64,000 nucleotides of DNA, taken from Selaginella moellendorffii (taxonomy: Eukaryota > Plantae > Lycopodiophyta). The notes under the pieces were generated by a model, which saw nothing but the letters and a program-made list of their open reading frames with translations, made no database searches and was not told the DNA's origin. Below, in pieces: positions 23,860 through 37,900 of this stretch; position 1 is the stretch's first letter, and every line of letters begins with the position of its first letter. The DNA is taken from contig NW_003314342.1 in the NCBI RefSeq assembly GCF_000143415.4, forward strand, positions 643,569 to 707,568. The letters run 5' to 3'. A program made the translations under genes and the position numbers.

Positions 23860-26385
23860 GTAGTGATTGATACAAAAGTTCTCCTGGATCTTGCTTGTTA
23901 GGCTGGCGTGGCTAAGACACTGATAAAGGTAAGTTCTGCAAGGTTTTGCTGGATTGTCCTTACTGGGCTTACAGTTAGATCATGGGTGATCAGGAGCTCA
24001 CAGTTTTGCACAAGATTTGATCAAACATGTTTCTTGCTTGAGCTAGGATCTTTGATCTGCCATGGGTGGTCATCAATGCATTCACAAAAGGTGCTGGAAT
24101 GAAATCCAACAGCTTAAGCACTTTCAAAAGGCACCCATTCTAGGCATTTGCAGTGATCATTGCATTCCAAGAGACCAAGGTCCTCTTGCTCAAAACTTCC
24201 TGCTATGCTCATGATCACATTTCCAAGATTGAGCTCCATGTTTCTAGAATTCTTCTGTGAATCGTCACTTCTTTCTCATACTGCACAGGTCACAAATCAC
24301 CCAAGAAATCACCTCATGGAGGCTGCAACACTCAATAGTTCTAGGACAGGCAGACAAGCCCTGTCCCATGGACAGTCACTGCTCCTTACGTGGGAATGTG
24401 CACATTACAGAGGTTCGTTTCTGTTTTCCAGTCTGTCTTTTAACTCCTCAAATGTCTTGATCATTATGAAGAAGGGAACCCATTGAGAAAATACAGTGTT
24501 GGGCAGACTGTTCGAGCTAAAATCCTTTCAAAACGCAAAACCAGCAGAAAGCACAGAAATGCTGCCACTTTGGATTTATCTCTACGTCCATCTGAGCTGC
24601 CCTTTGAATTAGCTTACTTATCATGACTTGCAGGAAACGATGCTGCATGCTCAGTGATTACTTTCGAGACCGTAACCATTGAACAGTCGGTTATCAGATA
24701 CGTTCAAGAAGTAAAGGACAACTGGGCATGGCTAGTCCTCTCACCCCATCTTAAAGGCTGCCTTTTTATACTGGACACGTCTGACAATCCCTCGGAGCTT
24801 GAACGTTTTAAAGAGCGCTTCAAAGTCGGTGACCCGTTCCAGTGCCATATAAGAAGTGTTAACCACGAAAGGAAGCAAGTGGATTTGTCTCTACACCCGA
24901 AAACAAGGGACGAACAATTCAAGAAAGGCGACCTGTTAGGCCGACGAATCACACGAGTTTTTGCTGGTGTTGGCGGACATACTGTGCAAGGCAGATGGGA
25001 AAGTCTCGGAAAAGTTCATGTAACGATACATGGATTGATGACCCAGCCAGTTTATTTACAGAGGGACAGTTCGTAAGGTGCAGGGTCTTGGATTTAAAAC
25101 GACCAGGGAGGGGAAAGATGGGCTTGGAACTTTCAGTAAGTTGGTGGACGTGGTGGTTTTGAGTCCCTTCCGAGCTATCAAACACTACTTCCAAGATTTG
25201 CATTAACATTTTTTGACTCTGCATCCAATGCTTCCTAGTCTATGCCGAAACCCGAGTCCGAGATGGAGCCTGAGTTTGACTCTGCAAGTAAGCAGAAACC
25301 TTGCATGCTGTGGACGTGACTTGTTTTTGTGTTGCAGGGTTTTGTCAAGAATGTGACGGAGAAAGGTTGTTTTGTGATCCTGTCACCTTCACTTGAAGCT
25401 AGAATTCAGCTGAAGAACCTATCGAACTCGTTTGTACAAAACCCTGCAGAAATGTTTCCACCAGGCAAGGTGATATCAGGAAGGTATGAACTTTTCTCCA
25501 TATGGAAGTGTTTGCTGATATCTTCTTCTTCGTCAGAATTTTAAGCATCGAGCCATTGTCTGGGCACATTGAAATGTCTTTGACGGCAACAACATCACAA
25601 GATTCAAGTGGCTGGAAGAAGTTTGGTGCTGGAGAGATTGTTAGTGGCCGCATACACAACATTGAAGCATTTGGGATCTTCATCAGCCTTCCCGAGAGCC
25701 ATGTGGTAAGCTCTCTCTCTATCTTGGTTTGAAGTTCTTAGTCTGTGCTCCAGGTTGCTTGTGTCATGTCTCTGAAGTGTCTTACAATTTTATTCAAGAC
25801 TTGTCAACACTTTACAAAGTCGGCCAATGGGTTCAAGTAAAGATTCTAAAGGTGAGAACGAAAGCTTTAGTAAAACCACAGGGTTATGATTTCCCTCTAC
25901 AGGTTGATGCGGAAACCAAACGTGTATCTCTTGGAATGAAAGCGTCATATCTGACCCCTGAGGATGGCATCAAGCCGATGGAGGAAGAAGCTATAAATGA
26001 AGAGCCTTCGAGCACAAATGTGCTCATGGATAATGATGAGAGGGAGGAGGAGGACTACTTGGATCTGGCATCAAAACGATTCCCACAGCTATGCATGTCG
26101 ATCCACTCTCAACAAAGACGTTGAGGATACAGTGCCAATTGACTTGAAAGAGCAGAGTTACTTCTTGTTTATATTCACTCTTCTCATGTCCTGCTTCTCA
26201 ACAGGGAGGCTGCAGCAAAAGAGAAGTTATTACAGAAGGACCAGCCTCCAGAGACCAAGGACGACTTTTTGATTCTAGGTGTTACAATCCAAGCTCTTTT
26301 TTATAGGGCATTGGAGAAGATAATTTATCGAGAAGAAATGGAAAAGATGAACATATGGATGGCTTATCTCAACCTAGAGAATTTC
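23860..26385 (+). pseudogene. RRP5: RRP5 (S1-repeat rRNA biogenesis protein) fragmentary pseudogene with introns
   Basis: S1 domains GFVKNVTEKGCFVILSPSLEARIQLKNLS, GEIVSGRIHNIEAFGIFISL and VQVKILKVDAETKRVSLGMKASY; HAT-region remnant EKMNIWMAYLNLEN; frameshifts and large deletions. Confidence 0.85.
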
Positions 26386-26557
26386 TCTTCTAGCATTTGA
26401 AGAGCAAATGGCAATTACTTTAGGTGGTTATAATGATCATGGAAACTACTATAGTAAGCATGCTTGTGTTTGGGGATGGAGATCAAGGGTATGGTAGAAG
26501 ACCTCAATGTTTTGAGTGCTTATATTGGGGATATATTACAACAATGTTAGGTGCCAA

Positions 26558-29018
26558 CTTTGACCACATGGTCAAGGTCAGTCAAAGGGAGGTTCAAGGG
26601 TTTATGAAGGCATGTTAGGGTAAGGAACTTAAAAGTGACGGCACAAAGGAGCTTTTGAGGTAGTTTGGGGGTGGTTGGGCAGTGAGGAATTTCAAGAGGA
26701 GGTGTAGTTTAGTCTAGGAAAACTAGATTGTTGATTTTTCGTGCTGGGTTATAACATTGGTATAAAAAGCGTTCGTTGTGATGGCCGACCAAGTTGAACA
26801 CTAGAATTCGATGGTGGTGTCGATGATAGTGCTAATGGAGCTATGGAGGTTTGGACCATGGAAGATGTTGTTCACGAGTTGCGAGCCTTTAATAAAAATC
26901 AGCAAAAGATGCAAGATAAAATGCATGGCATGATGGGTACTTTGTGCGAGCGTGTTGAAGCACTCAAGGCTGGTCGTGGTGGCACTCTAAATAAGTCTTC
27001 CTTGGTGGATTGACTTAAGATTCCAACTTTTTCCAGTGATGGTAGTGTGGATGAGTGTTTAGCTTGGCTAACCAATGTGAAAAAGTTCTTGGCTGCTAAA
27101 GGAACTCCAAATGCGGATTACAACCCCTTATATATCTTTTCACATAAAAGGAGTTGAATACTAAACAAGTTCGTTGGATGGTCAAACTCATGGAGTTTGG
27201 GGAGTTTCCTATTGACCATCGTCTGGGAAAATCAAATGTGGTAGCAGATGCTTTATCTCATGTTCACCATGTGATGGCATTACAAACACAATTTTGTCAT
27301 CATTTAAGTAAAGTGGTTAGCGAGTTTGGGCAATTAATTGAGTGTGCTCAGGCTCATGATGCTGAAGTGGTCTCATTGCAAGCCCAAATAGAAGCATTTT
27401 TCTCATTGGTGGATGGGATTCTTTATTATAATGGCTATGTGTATTTGCCACGAGTGGATGTGTTAATTACTTAGGTTTTATTCCACTATTATAATTGTCC
27501 AGAGGCCGGTCATTTTGGGGGGAAGAAAACATATAAATTGATTAAGCACAATTTCTATTGGAGGAATATAAAAGTTGATATCCTTGAGTACTGTAAGTTA
27601 TGTGAGCTTTGTCAGTGGGTAAAGGTGCTACGGGAGAAGTTGGGGGACTTTTGCAACTTTTACCTATTCCTCAGAGCCGTTGGTGTAATATCTTTATGGA
27701 CTTCATCATTTGTTTGCCATGAACACAAAGGCAAAAGAAGCAAATATGGGTCATAATGGATCATTTGATGAAGTATGTGTAGTTGTTGGCTTTTCAGAAG
27801 AGTGTCACTGCCTTAAACTTGGTTATGGTCTACTTGGAGAAGGTTTTTCCTGATTTTGGTTTGCCGGAGGACATCGTTAGCAATTGAGATTCAAAATTCA
27901 CTAGTGGATTTTGGAAGAGCTTTGCAAAGGTTATACAAGTGACTCTGAAACTCTCGAGTGGAGATCATCCTCAAACGGATGGGTAAACTAAGCATGTAAA
28001 TTAGGTGGTGGAGGATATACTACACTGTAGCATTGGTCAAAAGCAGAGACAGTGGGATTTATATTTTCTGTTGGTGCAATTTGCCTATAAAAATAGCCAA
28101 CACAGTGGAACCAAACTAAGTCCTTACTTTGCCATGTTTGGAAGGCATCCTTGAATAACGATGGAGTTGGAATTGCATTTGAGTAAGGATATTCAAGAAA
28201 AACTTGATTCAAAGGCGACTGAAACTTTATAAGATTTTGGTGGTGTGCAAATGGAATTTGCAAGTAGCTCAAGATAGAGTGGAGAAGTTTGCTAATAAGC
28301 ATCACTAATTCCGGGAATATAAAATAGGTGATGGGAAGAGTGATAAACTTTCTCATCGGTATGCTGATCCATATGAAGTGCTAGAGAGCATCGGGAAGGC
28401 AACTTATCAGGTGCGGCTGCCAACTATGGTGAAAATTCATTCAGTATTTTATGTTAGCCAGTTGAAAGGTGTACTATCTTGAAGTGACAGACCCAATGCC
28501 TCCTTGATGTATACAGCTGTGGATGGATCAAGAGCTTGAGCAAGGTTCCCCAGAAAAGGCAATCACTGGTACAATTTGTCCTTGGGACAAAGACTTTGTT
28601 GGGGGGAAGAATTGTTTGACCATGTGATCAACTTCAGTCAAAGGGAGGCTCAAAAGGCAACTTAGTTTCAATTATTTATTGCACGAGCACTAGAGTGTTA
28701 GCCATCCATCCATAAATTCCCAAATCTCTCTCAATCCCCCTCCCTAAGTTAAACTATACTTAAGGTTCAACTACACTCCTCGCAGGAACAAACAGCCAAG
28801 CACACCAAGCCTCTAGGTTCCTAACATCCTTTAATATAACAAGACTTGATCATAAAACCCTCTAAATCCCAAGCAAGTTTTAGAGTAAAGTAAAGAATTT
28901 AACCTAATTTAGAAGCTTTTGAAGTAGCTCGAGGGTGGTTGGGCGGTGAAGAACCTTGAGAGGAGGCATAGTCTAGTCTAGGAAGATTAGATTGTTACTT
29001 TTCTTGCCGTGTCATAAC
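26558..29018 (+). mobile_element. Degenerate, internally deleted Ty3/gypsy element with diverged LTRs (~26558-26757 and ~28612-29018)
   Basis: Both LTRs share tttgacca..gtcaaagggagg starts and ggtggttgggc..agtctaggaa..ataaca ends. PBS-like ttggtat at 26758, PPT ggggggaagaa at ~28600. RNaseH (GKSNVVADALS) and integrase remnants. Confidence 0.8.
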
Positions 29019-29424
29019 ACAATTGTTGTTCATGATGTGAGGAATGTCATGAATGGGGACATAACACTGGAACTTGTGCCAAATGTCAATAATATGCTAA
29101 AAAATATTCTTATGCTCTTTTGACATTTATGGATAATAAGAGTTCTATTTATTATGCTTCCAACAAATAACAAAAGTCCTCCTATTCTCTCTCCTCCACT
29201 CTCTTTCATAACATGCAATATAGAATTAGTGGAGGATGAGTAGTTTATATTTGTTTTTGCTGGACTCATAAATAGTATAAATGTGATGATCTTGGTGGAC
29301 TTTGGCTTAGCAATTTCCTCTATTCAGTGTTTAATTGTTTGAAGTTTCATTATAGCAAGTCTCTTGTACTTGACCTTTATGACTTGTGTTTACTAATCAT
29401 AAGTCATCAGTATAGATATTATGT

Positions 29425-30807
29425 ATGGAAACGCTGGTTGTCTACGCGCGGTGTGGGCATTTGGAGGAATCGAGAAGGATCTTTGATGCATTGCCGGCCA
29501 AGAACATCGCGTCGTGGACGGCGCTCGCGAGCGCGTATGCCGAGAGTGGGCATCCGGGCGAGGCCAAGGCAGCGTTCGATCGAATGGCGGTGCGGGACGT
29601 AGTTTCCTCCACTGCGATGGTCAAGGCGCTGGGCGATTGCGGGCGGATTGGATCGAGCAAGGCGGTGTTTGATGCGATGCCCGAGAGGAACTGCAAGACG
29701 TGGGCGACGCTGCTGCGGGGATTTGCTCGCGGCGGAGAGATTGGGCGAGCGAGAGAGGTGCTGGATCGGATGCCCGAGACGAATGTGGTAGCGTGGACGA
29801 TCCTCGTGCAGGGTTTCGCGCAGCGCGGGCGAGTGGGCGATGCGAAGGCCGCGTTTGATTCCATGCCCGAGAAGAACAGCATCACTCGCGCGGTAATGCT
29901 CGTCATGTTTGCAGAGAATGGATTCGTGGAGGAGGCGGAGGATGTCTTCCAGGAGATTGTCCACCGAAACGCGATCCTCTGGGGGGCGATGCACTGGTGC
30001 TATGCCCAAAATGGGGATTTGATTCATGCCAAAAGTTTGTTTGATAGGATGCCTCTGCACAGCATACTTTCGTGGACGATTATGATCAAGTCATACGCGC
30101 TAAAAGGTGACGCTGATCAAGGAAAACAATTGTTTGAAGCAATGCCACACAGAGATCTTGTTTCATGGAACTCGATAATCGCTGTTTATGCCCAGAGAGG
30201 TCGTTTCAAAGACGCTATACGAGCGTTTTCTTTGTGTTGCTGCTGGGATTCCTATTCATGGAACACAATTCTCGTGGTATACGCTTTAGATGCAAATATT
30301 TGTGAGGCAAAGAAGACGTTTGATAGAATACCAACTTGGAATTTGGTCTCCTGGAACACGATGCTAGCAGCATATGCCCAGAGTGGCCATGCGTATTCTG
30401 CGATCCAGCTTTTTTGGGCGATGTTTCTTCACGGCTTTGATCCCGACAAGGCAGCGTTTGCCATCGTTTTGACGGCGTGTAGCCATCTGGGGCTTGTCAA
30501 GGAAGCAGTAAGCTACTTCACGGCAATGAGCTTTGACAATGGATTGGACCCTTCGCAAGACCATTACACCTGTATTGTTGATGCTCTAGGACGGCTAGGG
30601 CGATTGGAAGAGGCCGAGGATGTCCTGGAGAATATGCCTTTGTCAGCTGATGGAGTTGCATGGGCAACGTTTCTTACCGCGTGTAAAAACCACGGGGAGA
30701 TGAGTCGAGGGATGCATGCTGCGGAATTTACGTGCCAGTCCAGCCTTGTGAGTGATGCATTGCCTTATGTGATGCTGGAGAACATCTTCAGAGCAGTTCA
30801 GACTTGA
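29425..30807 (+). CDS. PLS-class PPR protein with E domain (no DYW); true start uncertain
   Basis: Tandem FDxMP.RxVVSW repeats; ACSHLGLV, HYTCIVDALGRLGRL, WATFLTACKNHG, PYVMLENIF. Confidence 0.85.
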   Translation: METLVVYARCGHLEESRRIFDALPAKNIASWTALASAYAESGHPGEAKAAFDRMAVRDVVSSTAMVKALGDCGRIGSSKAVFDAMPERNCKTWATLLRGFARGGEIGRAREVLDRMPETNVVAWTILVQGFAQRGRVGDAKAAFDSMPEKNSITRAVMLVMFAENGFVEEAEDVFQEIVHRNAILWGAMHWCYAQNGDLIHAKSLFDRMPLHSILSWTIMIKSYALKGDADQGKQLFEAMPHRDLVSWNSIIAVYAQRGRFKDAIRAFSLCCCWDSYSWNTILVVYALDANICEAKKTFDRIPTWNLVSWNTMLAAYAQSGHAYSAIQLFWAMFLHGFDPDKAAFAIVLTACSHLGLVKEAVSYFTAMSFDNGLDPSQDHYTCIVDALGRLGRLEEAEDVLENMPLSADGVAWATFLTACKNHGEMSRGMHAAEFTCQSSLVSDALPYVMLENIFRAVQT

Positions 30808-32979
30808 TGTGTTGACCCAAACATCGATCGTTGATATCCAGCCATTCCGTGAGCCGCCCCATCCCCCATGGATGGAGAGCGGGACGCACAGAGGATTGAG
30901 CATAGGAGAGTCTTCATGAGGAGCATAGTCCTCCGCCTCTCGCGTATGAGTCCGTGGTGTCCCATGCATCTGGAATGTTAAGTGCAGTGGGTTTGCTATA
31001 GTCAGCAATGCAAGATCCAATGCTGCTGTTGTGAATTTCAGCAGCAGCACTGCGCTCCTCCTGCTCCACATCAGTGCCATGCTAGGCGTGGCAATCCACG
31101 CCATGCCGGTGAGAGTGAGCCGTGGAAGTCTCTCATGAGCTCTTGTTGAAAGTGGGAAGCAGTGGTGTGGAAAGCTTGCGTTTGAGGCGCGGGTGGAGAT
31201 GGGCTCATTGCAGTAAGGTGATAGCTCGATCCCATTGCCTTCCTTTTGTATCCTATCTCCCTCGTTGCCTCCCGACATGCTTCATATGTTCTCCTCTCTG
31301 TGTTCCATATGTTATCCTCTCCGCTTGCGAAGCATTGCACAGCATGTTGCTGGAGCTGGGCCTCAGCCCATTCGTTGATGGCTAGCATTTACGAAGGCTT
31401 CATTGGATGTTGATATAAGTTTAAAGACAATTGCCCCACTTTTATGATGGGCTTAATCTATGTTGACTGGATTGTTCTTTGCAAAGCATGTATGCAAGGC
31501 GATTTTACAAGGAAATTTATCAAATCTTCCGCAAAGTCAATGCCATAATCTGTCAAGAACCAAATCCTTGGAGAGCTTAGAAATTAATATATGCATAATG
31601 AAGGATAGTTAAAGTAATTTGATGATGAGAAGTTTGACATATGTTATCAAACATATTATCTAGCATAGCAATCAGGGATGCTCAACATCCCAAACAATTC
31701 TCCCAATTGGAAATAAGAAATATCACGAGTGCCATTTCCTACTCATCCATTCCCTTCGAAAACTTTCTTTCTATTCTGCAGGGTGGAGTTTTATATATAA
31801 TGTTGTTGTATAGGGCAATATTGCTTCTTCAATGGCAACTAGCACTTGTTCAATGTTTCGTGACCAATCTATTCCCTTCTCTTCCAATATCATGGAATAT
31901 AAGTATATGAAAATTTTCAAAACTAACATAGTTGTTTTGAATCGTTAGGATCATCCTTTAGTGATTTTAATCTACATTGAGTTATAATTTAAATAGATTG
32001 CTACTTTGTCCTCTATGACATGCTAGATGGAGAAAAAGTGTTATACAAGCTCATATTTTTAATGCATAAAGTATTCTTTACAAATCAAATATTTATTTTA
32101 ATAGCTTTTTTTCTGCAGGCTATTTGCAAAAGAACACCCACAAGGTGTATGACCTGTTTAGTATTTGCACACATATCAATTTTGTTATATTTATATTTTT
32201 TATTTTTCCACAATACCTATCTTTTATGGCTTCAGTGAAGTTATAGTCATTTACACTTTTGAGTATTTCTTCAATTTAGGCACTATATTTTTGGTTTTCT
32301 TAAGCAAACTAACATAGGATATACCTGGGTATTCTTGAATATTTTATAATTTAATTGTTGATATTTATTTAGAATAATTTTATGTTTATAAATTAAAACA
32401 TTTTAATAATGGTCATCACGTTGATTGACTGACAGTTTCAGCAAAAAGATGTTCTAATTTATTTTCAAAGCTTTTAAATCTTAGAACTACTAGTTCAATG
32501 TTTGGATACATAAGTTGCATGAATTTTTGTTTTTATCATTTCCCAAGTGTCTTTTATTAACCTCTGTTGTTCTCCACCAAAGCTTAACATTATCTACTAA
32601 GTATGGTTTAGCACATGAGACTTTCTTCAAACTTAATAATAATAATGCTTAAAAATAATCTTCTATATCACCACCACCTTATAGTCATTCATGTTTGCAT
32701 GTGTGATTTTGTGGCGAGGAAGCAGGAGCAACAGAAGGTCCTCCAGACAAGTTCTTCTCAAGTAACCAACTGCCACCTCCATGCAAGGGTACTTTCCACG
32801 AGCTCATAGGGTAGAGGGCTAGCTCTTGATTTTTTTGGTTGTTCTCTAGGCTCCAATCTGTTAGGAGTGATGCAAAGAGACTGTTATTGATCAGGCCAGG
32901 GATTTCCAACCCAAAGCTATGTTTCTCATACCTGAAAAGTGTATCCATGAAATATACATATCCTCTTGTAGTTTCTCTT

Positions 32980-34688
32980 CTAAATAGAAGACAAGTGCCT
33001 GAGGTTGTACATATCGAAGTACAAACCAAAGAAGCAGATCAATGGATCTCCCCGTGACGTGTCAATCAGCAGTCGAACGAGGCGAGCAGCGCATACTTGA
33101 TCCTCTTCCAGTCGATCCACTTTCCTGTAACCAATGGTGCTACCGTTGCTCACCAGGTACCAGCCCAGCTCGCTGTCCCATGCCTCGACGTGATATTCCA
33201 TGACCCTTTGTCCCATGTTTACTGGCTCTCGGATCTCCAGTGCGTTGAACTTTGAGACCTTGCCAAGATCAAGCTCGATCCAGCCGGTCGACTCCCCTTG
33301 CATTGGAGCCCAGAAAGTCTCCATACGCTCGTCAAGGATTTGCTTCGGCCCGAACGAAGAGCTGCGAACGCTGCTTGCTGTCACGGACAAGGGATTCGCT
33401 GCTAAGTTGACGCTGAAGATGGAATCTATGGCGGAGCTAAACCGCTCCAGCGTCTGGAAGTCGGATTCGTCGATCAGTCCCGACGAGTTTGGAGGGACGT
33501 TGAGCAGGAGCAAGCAGTTCCTGGCGGATGATTTGTAGAAAACGTCGAGCAGCTGCTCCAGGGATTTTGGAGCCTCGTTCCTGTGCCAAAACCAACCGGG
33601 CCTGATGGAGATATCGCACTCCGGAGGGAGCCAGTCGGTTCCAGCACTCTCTCCAGACATCAAGTACCTGTTGATGTTGCGAATTGGATCGAGTTTCACG
33701 AGAACGAAAGTTTCATGCAAGGATGGATTTTACGTACTGGCCATCGCTCCTGCCGATCGTAATGGAAGATCTGTTCGCCATCGCCCAGCATGGTTGTCCG
33801 GCCTCGCCATACTCGTTCCCAACCCATCGGATGTCGGGGCCAGCGTCGGAAAAGATGTTGGCACCGGGTTGCAGCTGATGAATCGTGTCAAACCAGAGCT
33901 CAAAATCGTAGCTCATGTTCACTGCAGTGGGTGATTTCGCACCATCCAGCCACACCTCGGAGATCGGCCCATATCTGCACGCCAAAACAAAATGCCGCGT
34001 CAAGGCATCTGCTGCTAGAGATGAAAACTACAAAAGCCCACAAGCTCGCGAGCTCCTAATGCTAAAACCGTTTGATGGGCTGGAGCAAATGCAAACATAT
34101 CACACAGTGACCATGCCACCAAGAAAATGCGTGAAGAAGAAGCAAAGAATGTCTCACTCACCCAGTAAGAAGCTCTCGGAGCTGAGCCAAGTAGAACTCG
34201 TTGTAGAGAAGAGTGTCGCCATAGCAGCTCTCGTGCAAATCCCATGGCGAGAGGTAAAAGCCCACGTCCAATCCACGCTCCCTGGCGGCGGCCACGAACT
34301 CGGCCACCACATCCCCCTTCCCTCCTCGCCAAGAGCTGCTAGCCACGGAGAAATTGGTGTAGGCCGAGGGCCACAGGCAGAACCCGTCGTGGTGCTTGAC
34401 CGTGAGGATCACGAGCTGCGCGCCCGCGGATTGGGCCGCGTCCATCCACTGCGACGCATTCAATCGCTCCGGGTTGAAGATGGAGGGCGATTCGTGGCCG
34501 GATCCACGCTCCGAGTCCGTGAATGTGTTGACGCCGAAGTGGAAGAACATCGAGAGGCGGCGCGAGTGGAACTGGAGCTGGCGCCATGAGGGAATTGGGC
34601 GGAGAGGGAGCGGTGGGGGCGAATTTAGGGCGACAGCTCTCAAGAACACTAGTATCTCGAGGAGCAAGAAAGAGAGATGGAAATTCAT
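32980..34688 (-). CDS. Alpha-L-fucosidase, GH29 (FUC1-like); 3 exons
   Basis: Signal peptide; MFFHFGVNTFTD, TVKHHDGFCLWPS, FYLSPWD, EVWLDGA, PDIRWVGNE, WLPPECDISIRPGWFW, LLLNVPPNSSGLI. Confidence 0.95.
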
Positions 34689-34956
34689 TGCTATAGAGAA
34701 TGGAGGAGAGAGCCAATCTTATAAGCCCAGTGGAGTAGAGGAATTCTCACCAGAGAGTAAAATCTTTGCTTCTTCCAGGGTGTCCTTGTTCTTGCAAGGC
34801 AAGATGGATTATCTTCTTCTTCTTAGCCGTGATCTCCAAGCTAGATTGGAATGTTCTTTCTCCGTCCAGGATTCTCAAGAGCTGTGGAGGTCGCGCCCGG
34901 ATTTTCGCAAGGAATACCTCGCGACTCGCGAATGCGTGTGAGATCCAGCAAAGTTT

Positions 34957-37900
34957 ATGGCATTGCTCTTCCCCAATTTCGTGATTTCCACAGACACCTC
35001 AGAGGATTGCTTGCTCTCCTGGGGAGCACTGCTCAAGAACTGCCGGGATCTGTCACAGGGGAGGCAAATCCACGCCCGCATTGCGCAGAGCGAGCACCGC
35101 CGCAACAAATACCTCGCGAATCTGCTCGTCCAGATGTATGGCAAATGCGGCAGCGTCGATGACGCCCGTGCAATCTTGGAATCCATAGAGAATCCTAAGC
35201 TCTTCTCCTCCAACATCATGATCCAGGCCTACGCACAGGCGAAAGATCTAAATCGAGCGCGCAGAACGTTCGATGGGATGCTCCGGCGAGATGCCTCGAC
35301 GTGGAACTCGATCGTCACGGCATATGCCGAAAACGGGCATCTTGATAAAGCGCGAGAGATTTTTGAATTGGCTCCAGAGAAGAACGAAATCTCTTGGAAT
35401 GTGATGATCACGCTTTGCATCCGCAGTGGAAAGATAGCTTCTGCCAAGGATTTGTTTGATCGGATGCCCGTGAAGACGATCGTTGCGCAGACTGCCCTCC
35501 TCACAGCATTGGCCAGGAAAGGGCATTTGGAAGAAGCCGAGGCTTTGTTTGAGAACATAAAGGAGGAGCGCGATGTAGAGTCATGGGCTTTTGGCTCTCG
35601 CTGTCTACAGACAACTCCAACCGAACAGCAAATGCAGGTTGGGCAGTCTTTTTCTCTTGAGTTGATACAAACGAAGACTTTCTGGCGACAGGCAACTGCA
35701 TTTGAGGTGAAAAGGCTACTGATTGCCGGAAAGCAGAAAGAGGCTTTACGGGCTGCTCAAGACGGGCAACTTTGGGGATGTGCTCTTCTTATGGCCCGGC
35801 AGCTGGGAGAGAAGGTACCTTGTCTTGTAGCTTCGATGTATAGACCGTTAGTGATGGTCTTGTGGTTTTTAATAGTTCTACACCGACACTATAGCGGACA
35901 TGGCTCAACGTCAGTTTCAACCAGGGTTTCCCCTCCGGACTCTAACTCTTCTTTATGCTGGTCAACATGCCGGAGTGTTCGTAGGGAACACTAATTCGTC
36001 GAACGTAACAGCGCTTCAACCTCAACCGGTTCCAGCGTCCGCTGTAGATGGTGCAACACAGGTGAAATACTTTTATCAAGCTACTCTCTTGCTTAAGGAG
36101 TGCATGTTGACTTGCAGGACGCAGTAGAAGGAATGCTCGAAGAATGGCAGGAAAACCTGGCTATAATGGCAGCTAACCGAACTAATGGGGACGAGAGAGT
36201 GATTATGCATCTTGGTGATTGTCTCTGGAGACATCGAGATGAGATATATACATGGTCACACGTTGATGTTTCTCATAGTTTTAACTTGCAGATATGTGGA
36301 GCCCATATTTGCTATCTTGTTGCAAATGCTAGTTTTGAGCCTTTCTCTACTTCTGCCAGACTTTGTCTTATAGGTGCCGACCATTGTAAGTATCCACGCA
36401 CGTACGCTAGTCCAGAAGCTATCCAGGTAAGCCGTGTTTGTCCTCAATAACAATTGTTAACCTTTTCTTCATCAGCGAATGGAAGTGTACGGATTTGCAA
36501 GAGTGACTGGCAATTCCTAGTTTATTTTACTTCCTTTTCAGCCATACAAGCTTATTTATGCGTCGATGCTTGCTGAAGCTGGAAAGATAAACGAAGCTTT
36601 AAGGTTGGTAGTGATTTTTAACTGTATCCTTAAGGTTTCTCTTCGAAGGTATTGCCAAGCGGTGTTGAAAACATTGAAAACAGTGGGCCATGCAGCTGAT
36701 GTGTGCAAAGAAGCGGCTGTAGCCTTGGAAGAGCGTCTTCGTATCCACTCTCAGGTTTGTAATCGGACACTCGGCTTTTATACTCACTTTCCTGTTATCC
36801 AGGGAGGCTCGACGTCAATTGTGCAACGGTTTTTTGGCAATATTGGTCTACACAAGATGATAGGCCCTTCTTCCCCGAAAGCTTCTGATATGCTGATATT
36901 AATAACTGTCCCGCAACAGCTTCTAGCAGAGGCAGTGTATCACTTGCCTCGTCGGCATCAATGGAACCCATAAGTGATAATACGAGAAAATCCAACATGC
37001 CAGCGAGAAGCATTTCTGAGCCTGACTTTAGGCCTGCACAGGTAACTCGACTTGCTCTTGTGTACCTTCAATTAAGACTTGTATTCTTTCATCAGATCGT
37101 TAGTCTAGCGAAAGGAACGCCAAACAGAGGCGTCTTTACTTCTTTCATGCAAAGAGCGATGGGCTTCATAAAAACACCTTCGAAGGAGGTTTGTAGAAGC
37201 TTTGGAAAGAGCGCTAGCTGATTGATGGTTGGTACGTGATGCAGGCAAAGCTTGGCGACAGCAACAAGTTTAGATAGGGTTGAAGAAGGAGCCGAGGCAC
37301 AAGCGCCAGAGCTTCCGTTGGCTCCTCCTCCCACGGCAAACAAGCTCGTCTCACGCGTGGAGGAGAACGGCGCTCCTGTTTCCATGTCTCCGGAGAGACC
37401 ACAGCCAACTCCGGAAAGGCCGCAACCGGTTGTGAGTGGAATCCCACCAATGCCTCCGAGCAGTAACCAGTACGCAGCTCGCGCACGTCAAAACGTTAGA
37501 TCAAGGTATCATTCCCAGCACTCCAATCTCACGAGGTTTTTGCAGATATGTCGATACATTCAACAAAGGTAGCGTAACACCATCCAAGACATCATCGGAC
37601 TCTCCTCCACTGTTTGGCGTGGTGCCAAAGGCAAGCGCAAAGCCTTTAGCTCCAGCGAGATTTTTCGTGCCTGCGGCCGCTGCTGCCGCTGCTCCAGATA
37701 TCAACAGCAACCATCCGGTGGATCCTTCCTCGGCACCGGCCTTTGTCCCCGACACGGCATTCTCAAACGGGAATGGACCGTTTGCAGCAGCAGCATTCGC
37801 TCAGCCGGTTGTACAGGATATGAGAAACGATCCGGGGCCAACGCCTGATCATCTCTCGAGCGGCTCTTCACCAGCAATGTTCTATTCGAATCACTATCCA

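Noticed and set aside
30830-31400. GC-rich minus-strand ORFs downstream of the PPR gene
   Set aside because: No recognisable motif; cannot be assigned without a search.
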